Shown here: piece by piece, positions 11,721-22,382 of the stretch
How the letters are laid out: every line of letters starts with the position of its first letter
How positions within the stretch are numbered: position 1 is the first letter of the stretch
From: Wallemia ichthyophaga EXF-994
Lineage: Eukaryota; Fungi; Basidiomycota
Direction: 5' to 3'
DNA length: 32,000 nt
Assembly (NCBI RefSeq): GCF_000400465.1
Contig: NW_008806297.1
Location: 66,096-98,095, forward strand
The notes under the pieces: generated by a model
Databases searched by the model: none
What the model was told of the DNA's origin: nothing
The model's input: only the letters and a program-made list of their open reading frames with translations
Made by a program: the position numbers and the translations under genes

Positions 11721-11924
11721 TTTTGTGTCACATTAATTATCTTGAAGTATTCTTTTTTCCACATTGTCTTGTTTTACGACTGTAGAGACATCTATTTTGC
11801 ATCTTTGATATCTCCTAACTACTCTATTGAGCTGGAGTGGGTGGTGAAATGACGTATGGATCGCCGCGCTCCACATGGTAAATTGCGAATTGACTCCTGC
11901 TTACAACAACCAACAACGAGAATA

Positions 11925-12550
11925 ATGTCAGATCCATACAGCGCCAAGTCAAGCACAAACGCCACACCACAAGAGAAGCTCGACCTGTTCCACGTAAGCC
12001 AGCTAGCGCACGACTCACCAACCACGCTGACGTCGTCCAGAGCATCATCAAGCCAGTGAAGACGTCGATGCTCGTCTCGCGCAACACAGACAGCTTCTTG
12101 CACTCGCGCGCCATGACTCCAGTCTCAGTGGATCACCTCACCTTCTACTATATTGCCAATGTGAAGAGTGGCAAAACCAAGGAATTCGAAAACGACTCCC
12201 ACGTGAACATCTCTTACTACGATCCAGCGTCTACCAACTGGGCATCCCTCGCAGGCACTGCGACTGTCACACAGGACCAGAAAGTGATTGAGAGCGTCTG
12301 GAACCCAGGTCTCAAAGCCTGGTTCGGCGACTTGGGCGATGGAAAGCACACGGGTGATAAAGACGATCCTCGTATAATGGTCATCGTCGTTAAGCCCGTG
12401 TCGATCCACTTCTGGCACAACACCTCTTCCAAGCTTGGATTCACTTACGAGGTCGTCAAGGGCGCAGTCACGGGCGATGTTGCCTCTCCAGGCGAGCTGA
12501 TGACGATTGAGAATGACGAAATCGAGCTCATTAACGGACTCAAGAAGTGA
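11925..12550 (+). CDS. BLI-3-like / general stress protein, pyridoxamine 5'-phosphate oxidase-like FMN-binding split barrel, 192 aa (exons 11925-11993, 12041-12550)
   Basis: MSDPYSAK...QEKLDLFH|SIIKPVKTSMLVSR across intron 11994-12040 (GTAAGC...GCTGAC...CCAG). Motifs LHSRAM, HVNISYYD...NWASLAG and W...KAWFGDLGDG...DPRI match the BLI-3 family as I recall it. Confidence 0.75.
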
Positions 12551-12651
12551 AATGCGTGACTTTGTATTATGATTAGAAATGCGACAATTATATCTTAGGT
12601 GTTTAGTGTGTGGAGTGTGTTTAATGCCATAAATAGTTTGAAATGCGAGTG

Positions 12652-15600
12652 TTAATATAGTGGCTGCTCAACAAGGCTGTGAGATGATGACTGGTGAGAT
12701 TGTGAGTGTTGTTGGTGGTCATTAGAGTCTGACATCTGTCTGAAGGCCTCTGTAAGCGTGTGTACGAAATCTATCTTACCGCCTGAGCGAGTCAATGGAG
12801 GCGGTTGTGGCGCTTCAAAAACACTGAAAGATCTAGGTGCTTCTGCCATCTCCGGACTAGCCACTTTGAACTTTCCGTCGTCGTGAGCGTGGCCATCCTC
12901 CAGCTGGTCTTCCTCCACATAGCCATCGCCGTCATCGTACACCTGCACTGTTCGCCCATCGTCGTCTATCAGACTGAGGATGTCTTGGCGCGTGATACTT
13001 TCGTGCGTAATGGTTCTTGGCAGGTCTAGCTCGTGGGCGTGAGCGTGAGTGTTATTGTTGGTGTTGTTGTTTGTGTTGGTCGGTGGATTGATGATATCTT
13101 GAATCGCATTCCACTCAGCCTCGACGTCGTAGTCTGCTATCTGTTTCTGCAGCTGGTATTGTTCTGCGGAAAATTCGCTCAAATCGTCGTAACCGTGGTA
13201 ATAGCCTGCATCGCGTTCTTGTTGGTAGTTGTTTGGTTTGTAAGTGTCTACTTGTGGAGGTTGTTGGTGAGCTTGATGAACTTGATGCGAATAAAGACAA
13301 TCAATCACACCACCATCAACCTGCTCCGGCTCAGCAACATTCCCATCCTTCTGCTCGGTGAATTCTGCTACGTTTTCTAGATAACTTACGGCAGCATTCT
13401 CGGCAGATTTCTTGGAGGATTGCGAGTGTGTTTGAGACTGTGTTTGAGACTGAGACTGCGACATAGTCTGCGTCGTAGCAACAGTAGTCGGTTGAGAATT
13501 CTGTATATACGTGGATTCCACATTTAAAGGCACATGTGGATTCAATATCATCTCTTCCAGCTCCTCATGAGCGACGTCATCTTCATTCTTCTCGAGCCGC
13601 TTAAGCATGTTAACTTTCTTAGGCGGAGAAGGAGGAGACACTGGGATGGGTGGGAGATCCTTTGCTGGCGGCCTAACAGTCTGGGTCAGCAAACTGTCGA
13701 GTGAACTCCATATCTTAGGGTCGGTCGCTTTCTTCTGGTGTGTGGATGTCTTAATGTGCTAGATGGAAATGTTAGCGTCACAACTTAATCACGAGAAAAA
13801 TACCTAACCCACCCTATCGAAGTCCTCAAACTTTACTCGACAGATCTCACAATACCCCGGCTTGAAATTCTCTTGCCGCTTGCTCAGCTTCTCCTTGTGC
13901 TTTTGTTTCGCTTGGAGCTTCTCCATATGGTTGTACATATCAACTGTTTCCTGGGATACTTGTGCATCTACTTGTTTGTCTACTTGCTTGTTTTCTTCCT
14001 TGGATGGTGCAGTTTCCTTTTGTTGAGTGTGTTGTGTTTTGGGAGAAATTAAATCATTAGTTTGCGCTGTTTGAGTTGTTTTACCGGACTGAGTATGCTC
14101 TTTAGGTGGTTTAGTCGTTGGGACCTTCCTCCTCGGCAAGACTTCTTTGAAAGCAGCACGAGCTTCTTTGGTAGCAAGAATATCTTTCGGTGGTGGTGTT
14201 GGTGCGGAGGAGATGACGCTCTCATTAGCGCTGTAATTAGCGCTATCAAAATTATCATCAACGACATCATGAGCACCTCGATTCTTAAGAGCAGCTACGC
14301 TTTCTTCAAATTTATTATGTTCGCGAGCTCTCAGCAGTGCCTGTGCTGCGTTGGTAGGTTTAGAGCTATCCTCGACGACCGCTTTACCTCTAGAGCTGCG
14401 TCTATGTTGGAGCAACTGTGCGAAAGACGTGTGAGCGGGAGCGTGTGAGTGATCGGACACTCTGCGTGGTGTCGTTCTTGTTGTTGTGTTAGTGGTGGTG
14501 GGTGTGGACAATGTTGTGTTTGCAGATGCCGACGCTGATGCTGAAGTCGACGTCGATGTCGATGCCACCGCAGTTTCATTCGCAATCGCATTCGCATCCG
14601 CCTCTCTCGAACGGGCATTTGCATTTGCACGTGTTTGTGCATTCGCTTGTGCAGTCTTGGGCCGGTGCTCTGTCGTGCGTTTATCGAGCTGCAGGACTCT
14701 TTTATCGCGCTGACCGGGTACACGTGCAGCCTGAGCTTGAGACGTAGCATTCGTGGAGGTGATAGTAACGCTGTTCCCAGATGCAGCCGCATAAGCGTCC
14801 TCAGCCTTGTCCTTCTGCCGACTGTGACTGTGACTTTGAATAAGATTCTGATTCTTGTCGACATCTTCCTGCAACTGCATTTGCATTTGCAGTTGCGCCT
14901 GATGGTGATGTTGATCCACTTCCATATCCTGCTCCAACTCCATCTCCTGCTCGCCGTGCTGCCCACTACCCACCATAGTAATAACGCCCTGTTTACACAA
15001 CCTAGCTAGCTGAGCCTCGACAACGTAATTGACGTGCTCCTGCATTCCCCAGCCTTTACTAGCGTATACGCGTCCATCGAACGGTGCCTCATTCTGGTAA
15101 TACTTTGTGAACGGGTTGCGCTCATCACGGCATGCGAACAAAATCGGCCAGGCCGCTTCCTCGTTTGCGCGCGGCACAGCGTACTCCTGTATCAGCACTG
15201 GACGGTGTGTCTCAGAAGCGTCTTCTACTAATACATACCGCACGTTGCGCGGGAAGTAGTACTGATCGATCTGGCGCACACTTCGGTCGCGCTCGGTTGT
15301 TCCTTGCAGTTTCTCCCGCTTGAGCATTGCTTTCAGACTCTGTTCGCGCGCGGTGGCGTGTGAATGTGAGTGAGAATGCACATGTGCATGTGCCTGCGTT
15401 TGAGAATGAGAAAGTGGATTCCCCCCCGTGTCATTCGCCAAGAGGTGGCGGAGGATGTTGTAGATCTTGGGATAACTCCACACCTTAATCTTAAATTCTT
15501 GCGCGCGTAGGAGGAGATCGTCGGCCTGTTGAATAGGGCCGAGAAAGGGGTTTTTGGGCTGGGTATCTACGATGCTGTGTTGGGTGTGGTTGAGTGGGTC

Positions 15601-16075
15601 TACGACTGTGTAAGCTGCGCTGCCCGTGACGGCCTCGTCGCCATATGTCGGCGTCGCCTGTCTGCTGAGCACCTTTGGCTTGTTCTCTTTGGTGCTGCTG
15701 GTGCTGTCGGTAGCCGCCTTGGGTATCTCCCGCGAGGTAATCACGTGTGTCACCTTGTTGGAAAAGAAATCGTCGACGCTCTGAAGCGTGTGGGTTAGGT
15801 GAGCGTATAAAACACGGAAACACACTCACTGCACCTAGCTTAACAGCCATTTGTACTATGTCCCCCTTTATTCCATTCTCCGGTGGCTTATCAAAGTAGA
15901 GAACGATATTCCTAAACGCACGCGTCCACTTTCTGATGTAGTCTTGGTCGCCTTGCCTGTCTACCTTGACACGCTTCGTACGCTCACGCTCAGGCTCATG
16001 CTCACGATTATTACTCGCCGTCGGCTCGAGCACCCGCTTCTTTGCGTTTATTGGACGCTTGAATTGGTCATCCAT
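12652..16075 (-). CDS. DBF4: Dbf4/Dfp1 regulatory subunit of Cdc7 kinase (DDK), about 1106 aa (exons 16075-15830, 15780-13813, 13758-12652)
   Basis: Motif N/BRCT-like (KWTRAF...LYFD...LGA|SVDDFFSNKVTHVITSR), motif M (YVLVEDASETHRPVLIQEY) and motif C zinc finger (KPGYCEICRVKFEDFDR|HIKTSTH). Introns 15829-15781 and 13812-13759 are both phase 0. Confidence 0.9.
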
Positions 16076-16099
16076 CGACCAGGCCTCTTGCTCTTTTCG

Positions 16100-16180
16100 A
16101 CGCGTCGTCGTTACGCGTAAGAGTGTTATCAAATAATCATGTAATTATGTGAAAATTGATTTACATTTTAAATTACGCGT
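16100..16180. promoter_or_regulatory. Three MluI cell-cycle boxes (ACGCGT) upstream of DBF4
   Basis: ACGCGT at 16100-16105, 16113-16118 and 16175-16180, 25-105 bp from the DBF4 ATG at 16075. DBF4/dfp1 are MBF targets in yeasts. Confidence 0.65.
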
Positions 16181-17317
16181 GGCCCATCTCCGATACACGT
16201 TTTTATTATTCTTGACAATCCGTTGCGGTGTTTAAAGGTGGAGAGGTCTATGTTGATTCCTGATTGGTTGAGGAGGTCAGCGTGATCAGTGGCCCCGTCT
16301 CCAAAGAGATCGCTGACTATCGCGAACACCATCTCTGTATCCTTCCTCTGGACATAGAGTACAGCATTTGGACCAGCGTCGAAAGTATACGCAGCCACAG
16401 CCCTTCCGGCGGCTTGGTTGAGTGCGTGCACCATACCGATAATCAACCGCGATACATCCGTCAAGTAGAAGATGGGTGGGTGGGTATCCAAGCAGCTTGC
16501 GTGGAAGCTATTGCTATCCCTCATGGTGATATCAGCAAATTTATCAAAGTCCTTGGCTTTAATAGCGTCGATAATATCTTGCATACGTTTTGGCACCACG
16601 TGATCAACTCTATGGCGTAAATAAGGGCTAGTCTCGACAGTCCTCTGCATTCCAGCAGTCGAGGGGACAGCTTTCTTATCCGCGCTGACGACACAGATGA
16701 GAGCATCTAGATCATCCCAATGAGATTGCGGGGCTATCTCAACAGCACTCGAATCACTGCCATCGTCTAGCTCACCCATATTCCATGCTACGAAGCCGCC
16801 AAAGAGAGACCTGCACGCAGAGCCCGAGCCCTGCCTAGCGATAGCCGATAGCTGGGTGTTTGTGTATGATGGCAGGAATATCTTCCCCAAGGCAAAGACG
16901 AGTGCAGCGAAACCTGATGCAGAGGAAGCGAGACCGGCAGCGGTGGGGAAATTGTTAGTGGAGTGGATAGAGACGGATGTGTGTCTTAAGGAGGAGTCCT
17001 CGGTCAACTGCCTCATAAGCTTGAGTACATTTCCAAGTCTCTCGCCAATCGCGGTTTCTTCATCGTTGAGAGTGAGTGTGTCTACGTGGGTATCCTCTGT
17101 AAGGTGTACACGCGTCTTTGAACACATGTCATCCTGTGAGAGAGTTACACTGAGCGAGCTGTTTGTAGGCAGATTCAATTTAACGTCGCGCTTTCCCCAG
17201 TACCTGGAATTGATCAATTGGGATTGAGAATAAAAATATTTAAATAGCTCACTTGATTACTGCGATGTTTACTGGCGCTGTTACGCTGATTTCTTTGGTT
17301 GCCGTCCTCGCGGACAT
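16168..17317 (-). CDS. MVD1: Diphosphomevalonate decarboxylase, 366 aa (exons 17317-17253, 17203-16168)
   Basis: TAPVNIAVIK|YWGKRD across intron 17252-17204, plus NNFPTAAGLASSASG, ARQGSGSACRS and AYTFDAGPNA motifs. Confidence 0.96.
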
Positions 17318-17337
17318 GGTCGTTGGTTTCAACGGTC

Positions 17338-19682
17338 ATGGCCCCAAATCAAAAGCCACAAAAGCCGCAATCTAAACGCAAGAGATCAGATCTCAACTGG
17401 AAGAAAGTTGATCATAAATTCGACGATGCTCTCGGTGATGGATGGATGGGATTGGAAGAAATTGAAGGCGTCGACGTTGATTTCCACGAGGGACACTCTG
17501 GAGAGCGTATAGTACAGCTCAAGGTGGGTGTAGGCGGTGTGTATCTCCCATCTCTAACCATCTCCCGCCATCTCCAGCCAACGTCACTCGAAAACGTCGT
17601 CGATGTCCCTTTCGTCGAGGATGACGAGCCAGCTGGTGCTTTGGAGAACACGGCCGACGACGCTGAACAGCCCGCAAAGAAAAAATCAAGAAAAGAGCAA
17701 ATCAAGTCCGATAAGCGTCAGGCAGCAAAGAAGAAGCGTGCATCTGCCAAGCAAGCGAAGAGGGAGGAAGCGGAGGCTAACCAAGATAAGAATAAGGAAC
17801 CTGAGGAAGCCGAGGAACCACAATACAACGCTGCAGTCTCAAAGATGCCTGAATGGTCACCAGATAATCTAAACATCGCTAAAGGCCTCCCACCAGCACT
17901 CCTTCACACTCTACACTCCAACTCCATCACTACACCCACTCCCATCCAGAAAGAATCCCTGAAATCATCCCTCATTAGGAAAGATGTTATAGGTGTCGCT
18001 GAAACTGGCTCTGGAAAGACTCTAGCTTATGGTTTACCCATTTTATCGAGGATTTTAGAGGGCGAGATCCCTGCTGAGGCTCTTGCTGCGCTTATTCTCT
18101 GCCCCACACGTGAATTGGCATTGCAAGTGGCTGGTGAATTGAGAAAGTTTGCTCCACAAGTAAGTCATGTGAGTAGGAGGGTGAACATCGCCACTGTGGT
18201 TGGTGGTATGTCTATACAGAAGCAGCAGAGACAGCTCGTCCATGCCAACATCGTTGTCGCAACTCCAGGTCGTTTATGGGAGGTGCTGATGGATGTGAGT
18301 GGGGTTTTCCTATCTGAGACACGCTAACAAACACACTCAGAATGGCACTCTCGCTAAACGTGCGATTAGAAGCCAATTTTTGGTCATCGACGAGGCTGAT
18401 CGCATGATTGAGGCTGGTCATTTCGAGGAAATGGACAAAATACTGCGCATGACTCAGCGTACTTCCAAATCCTCAACTGCGCCTTTCCAGGATGAGTTTG
18501 AGTCGACTGAGATTGGTCTGCCTGAAGAGGTTCCTGCGACTGACGATATGCAAACGATGGTGTTTTCAGCCACCCTCTCTAAAGACCTTCAGCAGAATCT
18601 CAAGCGGAAGCGCAAAGCAGGGAGTGGGAAGAAGCAATCCACAGTCAAAACGTCTTTAGACGATCTCTTGATGAGGCTAGATTTCCGCGATCACGAGCCG
18701 ACGATAATAGATCTATCGCCAGTGAACAGGGTGGTATCGACGCTGGAGGAAGCGCGTATAGACTGTCTATCCACGGACAAAGATCTCTATCTATACTATT
18801 TCCTACTGCGGTACCCGGGCAAGACTTTAGTGTTTGTGTCGTCGATAGACGCTATAAGACGACTAGTGCCGCTATTCGAGACACTCAAACAACACGTCTT
18901 CCCTCTCCACTCGGGACTACAGCAACGTCAGCGTCTTCGCAACTTTGACAGATTCAAAACACTACCACAAGCAGTGATGATAGCTACCGATGTCGCTGCG
19001 CGTGGGCTGGATGTGCCAGCCGTTGACCACGTCGTGCACTACCAGGTACCGCGTACAGCCGACGCATACATTCACCGCAGCGGTAGGACAGCGCGTGCGC
19101 AGCGGAGCGGGTTGGCTGTGCTGCTTGTCTCGCCTGAGGAGAGACGCATGGCGAATGACCTCCTGCGCCAGCTGAACAGAGGTGAGTTGAGTACTATTCT
19201 GCACACTCCACGCTAACATTGACACCTAAGACACCGGCCTCGCACAGCTCCAGATACACTTCAACATCCTCGATCAACTTAAGGGACGCATCAACCTGGC
19301 TAAGAAGATTGATGAGACTACGCACAAAACTAGCAAGGCCAAGTACGACGCGGGGTGGGAGAAGGAGGCTGCTGAAGCGCTCGGAGTGGAGTTGGACAGC
19401 GACCATGAAGAGACGCAGTACAATTCTCGCGGACAGAAGAAGAAGAAGGCAGCCCATTCTCACCTCGACGAGCGAGAAGAAGGTACCTTGTACAAGCAGA
19501 AGGAGGAGCTGAAGAGGAAACTTGCTCAGCCACTCATGAGCAGGGGCATTAGCAGCAAATATCTCACGACAAACGAGTCCTCGTTGGCACATGAGCTGGT
19601 GCACGATGAACACCACAAAAATATACTCGGTGCAAACACAAACAAAGCCACAAACGACGTGCGTAAAGGAGGCAAGAAGTAA
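17338..19682 (+). CDS. MAK5: DEAD-box RNA helicase Mak5/DDX24, about 731 aa (exons 17338-17523, 17578-18294, 18341-19181, 19231-19682)
   Basis: Q-motif [35 protein letters not shown] and HRSGRTAR. Mak5-like [20 protein letters not shown] and [12 protein letters not shown] segments. Introns 17524-17577, 18295-18340 and 19182-19230. Confidence 0.9.
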
Positions 19683-19773
19683 GAAGCAGACGATGCGATG
19701 GGTACACGTCATGGAATATAATTTATAATTTATAATTTATAGATTTACACTATTTATTTCCTTCTCGTTAACA

Positions 19774-20244
19774 ATGGAGAACGACGCTTCACTAGAGCTA
19801 GAAAGGGAACCATTGGAGGCGTCCAACGCAGGCACAAGCGACGAGACGACGTGGTTCGAGAAAGAGAAGGAGCGGCTGAGCAGAGAGATAGCGGGTGTGA
19901 GGGTGGCTAGTAGCGCGTCTATCATACTAACATACGCACAGGAATTTGAACAAGCGCTGAATAACTCCAATATGCTTGGAAGGCGTTTGGAGGAGGTTCT
20001 CGGCGTTGGGAAGGAATTCAAGACGATCGCTGCGCTTTGGGGGGTTTTCGGGAATATCGTAGGCACGCGCCCGGCAGACGGCGTGGAGGATGGCGGGCGG
20101 AGTGTGGTGCAGGGCGTGAGTGGGAATGGAGGTAATGAATTTGGTGGCGGTGATAGTGGCGTTGGTAGTGGCATACCGGGCACTGGATCATCGAATTACT
20201 ACGCCTCTGCATCTGCATCTGCAGCTACTTCGAGAGCCGTGTAG
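19774..20244 (+). CDS. DAD1: DASH/Dam1 complex subunit Dad1, about 141 aa (intron 19897-19941)
   Basis: WFEKEKERLSREIAG|EFEQALNNSNMLGRRLEEVLGVGKEFKTIAALW matches the Dad1 pattern once a 45-nt GTGAGG...ACTAAC...CAG intron is removed. Confidence 0.8.
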   Translation: MENDASLELEREPLEASNAGTSDETTWFEKEKERLSREIAGVRVASSASIILTYAQEFEQALNNSNMLGRRLEEVLGVGKEFKTIAALWGVFGNIVGTRPADGVEDGGRSVVQGVSGNGGNEFGGGDSGVGSGIPGTGSSNYYASASASAATSRAV

Positions 20245-20324
20245 GCGCACGGGCGCTGGCGCGTAGGCATATGCTGTGTATAAATGTTGTAATATAATCA
20301 TCTACACCTTATCCATCACCACCA

Positions 20325-21139
20325 ATGTCAAATAACGCAGATTGTCGGTTTGTAGTGATGCGCACTCACGCACTCACACCCCACCCAGATAAACTCATTT
20401 ACTGGCCTATCCCCGGCCGCGGCGAGTTCATACGTTTGTGTCTCGAGCACGCCGGCGCTAGCTGGACAGACACGCCTGGCGGAGTAGACGAGGTGCTTTC
20501 GTACGTGAATGGCAGTGGTGAGCATAGGACAGCGACACACACACCTCCTCACACACCACAGCCGACCTCGGCGCGAACCCCGCTCCACTTGCCCCGCCGA
20601 TCCTGAAAGACGAGAAGAATGGCGTCATACTCTCGCAAACTGCCGCCATCCTCATGTACATGGCACCCAAATTGGGTCTAGACGGCGGGAAACAACACAT
20701 GCATACAGCGCAACACGCACTCACTGGGCTCGACTTCAATGACGAAGTGCACAACACGCACCACCCCATCGGCTCAGCACTCTACTACGAGGACCAGAAG
20801 AACGAGGCTGCGCGCTACACGGAAGTGTTCCGCAGGGAGCGCATTCCCAAGTTCCTCACCTACCTCGATACGAATCTTGGGAGAAACACACAAACTGACA
20901 AGCATCTCACTGGAGATTCCATTACTTACGCCGATTACGTCTGGTGGCAGGTGCTAGACGGCCTCTTTTACTCCTTCCCTAAGCGCATGCACGCCCTTCT
21001 GCCAACTTACACCAACATCAAGCCTTTCTACGATAACATCAAGTCACAGCCACGCATAGCTGCGTACCTGGCCTCTGAAAGAAGGCTGCCATACTCGCAA
21101 GGTGTTTTCAGATATTATGCTGAGCTTGACAAAGCGTGA
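20325..21139 (+). CDS. Glutathione S-transferase, 241 aa (exons 20325-20343, 20389-20517, 20562-21139)
   Basis: YKLIYWPIPGRGEFIRL, APPILK...LSQTAAIL and C-terminal ITYAD motifs. Introns 20344-20388 and 20518-20561 restore the frame. Confidence 0.9.
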
Positions 21140-21219
21140 GTGTGTCAATATTAGTAGACATAGCGTGAATGTAAAGTCATATGTAAAGAGATGTAGAAAC
21201 ATTGTATTTGACCATTCAA

Positions 21220-22224
21220 TCACTTACGTTCATTGAATGGATTGTGCGTATACTCATCTTCCTCTTCCTCGTGCGGCGTGCTGTTGTTGCGCTTGTGCTG
21301 GCTGAGGTCGATTTCACGTCTAGGAAGGAATCCCAAGTTTGTAAAGTCTGCTGATTTGTCGTTGCCATTCGAATTAACACTCATAGACTGTCTGTTGTTC
21401 TCCTTGGCTCTGCGGTGTATAGCGGGATCGTAGTGGTGAGCGTAAGGGTCTTCCAGCTTAATTGGAGTTGGCTTTGGCTGTCCCTCTTCCTGCTCGCCAT
21501 AATTTGTCATCGAACTCCAGAAATCGTTTAGATGCTTCTTACTCGTCCAAGCCAATTCCGAGAAAGCGCTTGCAATATCGCTAAAGTTAAAACCAGGTTC
21601 GAGAGAATCAGCCTTCTCATGTTGCTTCTGGTGCTCCTCCTCATACTCCCTCTCATTCCTGCGTCTAGGCTTGCGTGGCTCGTACGCAAGGTCGTCGTAC
21701 GGCGTAGATGAAGCCCTGCCATTCCTCTCAAAATCCATCGCTTGTAGGCGTCGCGCGAGCGCTTCATCATCGTCCATCTGCCTCATTTGTGATACTGGCC
21801 TCGCTGGTTTTGGCGCTGTGTGTGTGATGTGTGTGCTGTGTGTTGGGTCACTCATCTGCAATAGCTTCTCCACTGCCCTCTCCTGTGAGCTGGATGATTC
21901 GAGCACTGAAATTATAATTTCCTTGTCAATCGATGGGAACATTATCGACATTGCGTTTACTTTCTCCTGCGTGGCTTTGTCGCTGTGTGCGGGGTGTGGG
22001 GAGTGTGGTTGCTCTGGTTGTTCTGATTGCTGAAACTGCTCTGGTTGCTCTGTTTGCTCCTTCTGCTCTGGTTGCTCACGCTCTGGCTCCCTCTCTTGAT
22101 GCGTAGTGGGAAGCGCTGGCTGGACAGGAACATTTGCCTCGCCTGTCTCTTGGGCGTTTCTGGTTGGCTGTGCCTGTGGTTCAGCGTGTGGTTGTGCGTC
22201 GCTTGGTTCCTGGAAATCACTCAT
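21220..22224 (-). CDS. CUE-domain ubiquitin-binding protein (Cue5-like), about 334 aa
   Basis: CUE consensus MFPSIDKEIIISVLE...AVEKLLQM, UIM-like DDEALARRLQ, and terminal acidic stretch plus NPF. First ATG in frame is at 22224. A GTAAGT near the stop could hide a small last intron. Confidence 0.8.
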   Translation of the reverse strand: MSDFQEPSDAQPHAEPQAQPTRNAQETGEANVPVQPALPTTHQEREPEREQPEQKEQTEQPEQFQQSEQPEQPHSPHPAHSDKATQEKVNAMSIMFPSIDKEIIISVLESSSSQERAVEKLLQMSDPTHSTHITHTAPKPARPVSQMRQMDDDEALARRLQAMDFERNGRASSTPYDDLAYEPRKPRRRNEREYEEEHQKQHEKADSLEPGFNFSDIASAFSELAWTSKKHLNDFWSSMTNYGEQEEGQPKPTPIKLEDPYAHHYDPAIHRRAKENNRQSMSVNSNGNDKSADFTNLGFLPRREIDLSQHKRNNSTPHEEEEDEYTHNPFNERK

Positions 22225-22382
22225 GACTGTACGAGACAAGGCACGAAAGAAATATCTTTATTTTCATCTTCATGTATAAAACTACATACAAAACTACTGC
22301 AATACATTTTGTTTTTCTTTATTCGTTGCGTTGAGTCGTTGGATTTGATTCGTTGATTCGTTTTGTTCCTATTAGTAGGGCG

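Noticed and set aside
18160-18180. GTAAGT/GTGAGT donor-like sites inside MAK5 exon 2
   Set aside because: The frame is continuous into conserved [10 protein letters not shown] and there is no suitable branch site or acceptor.
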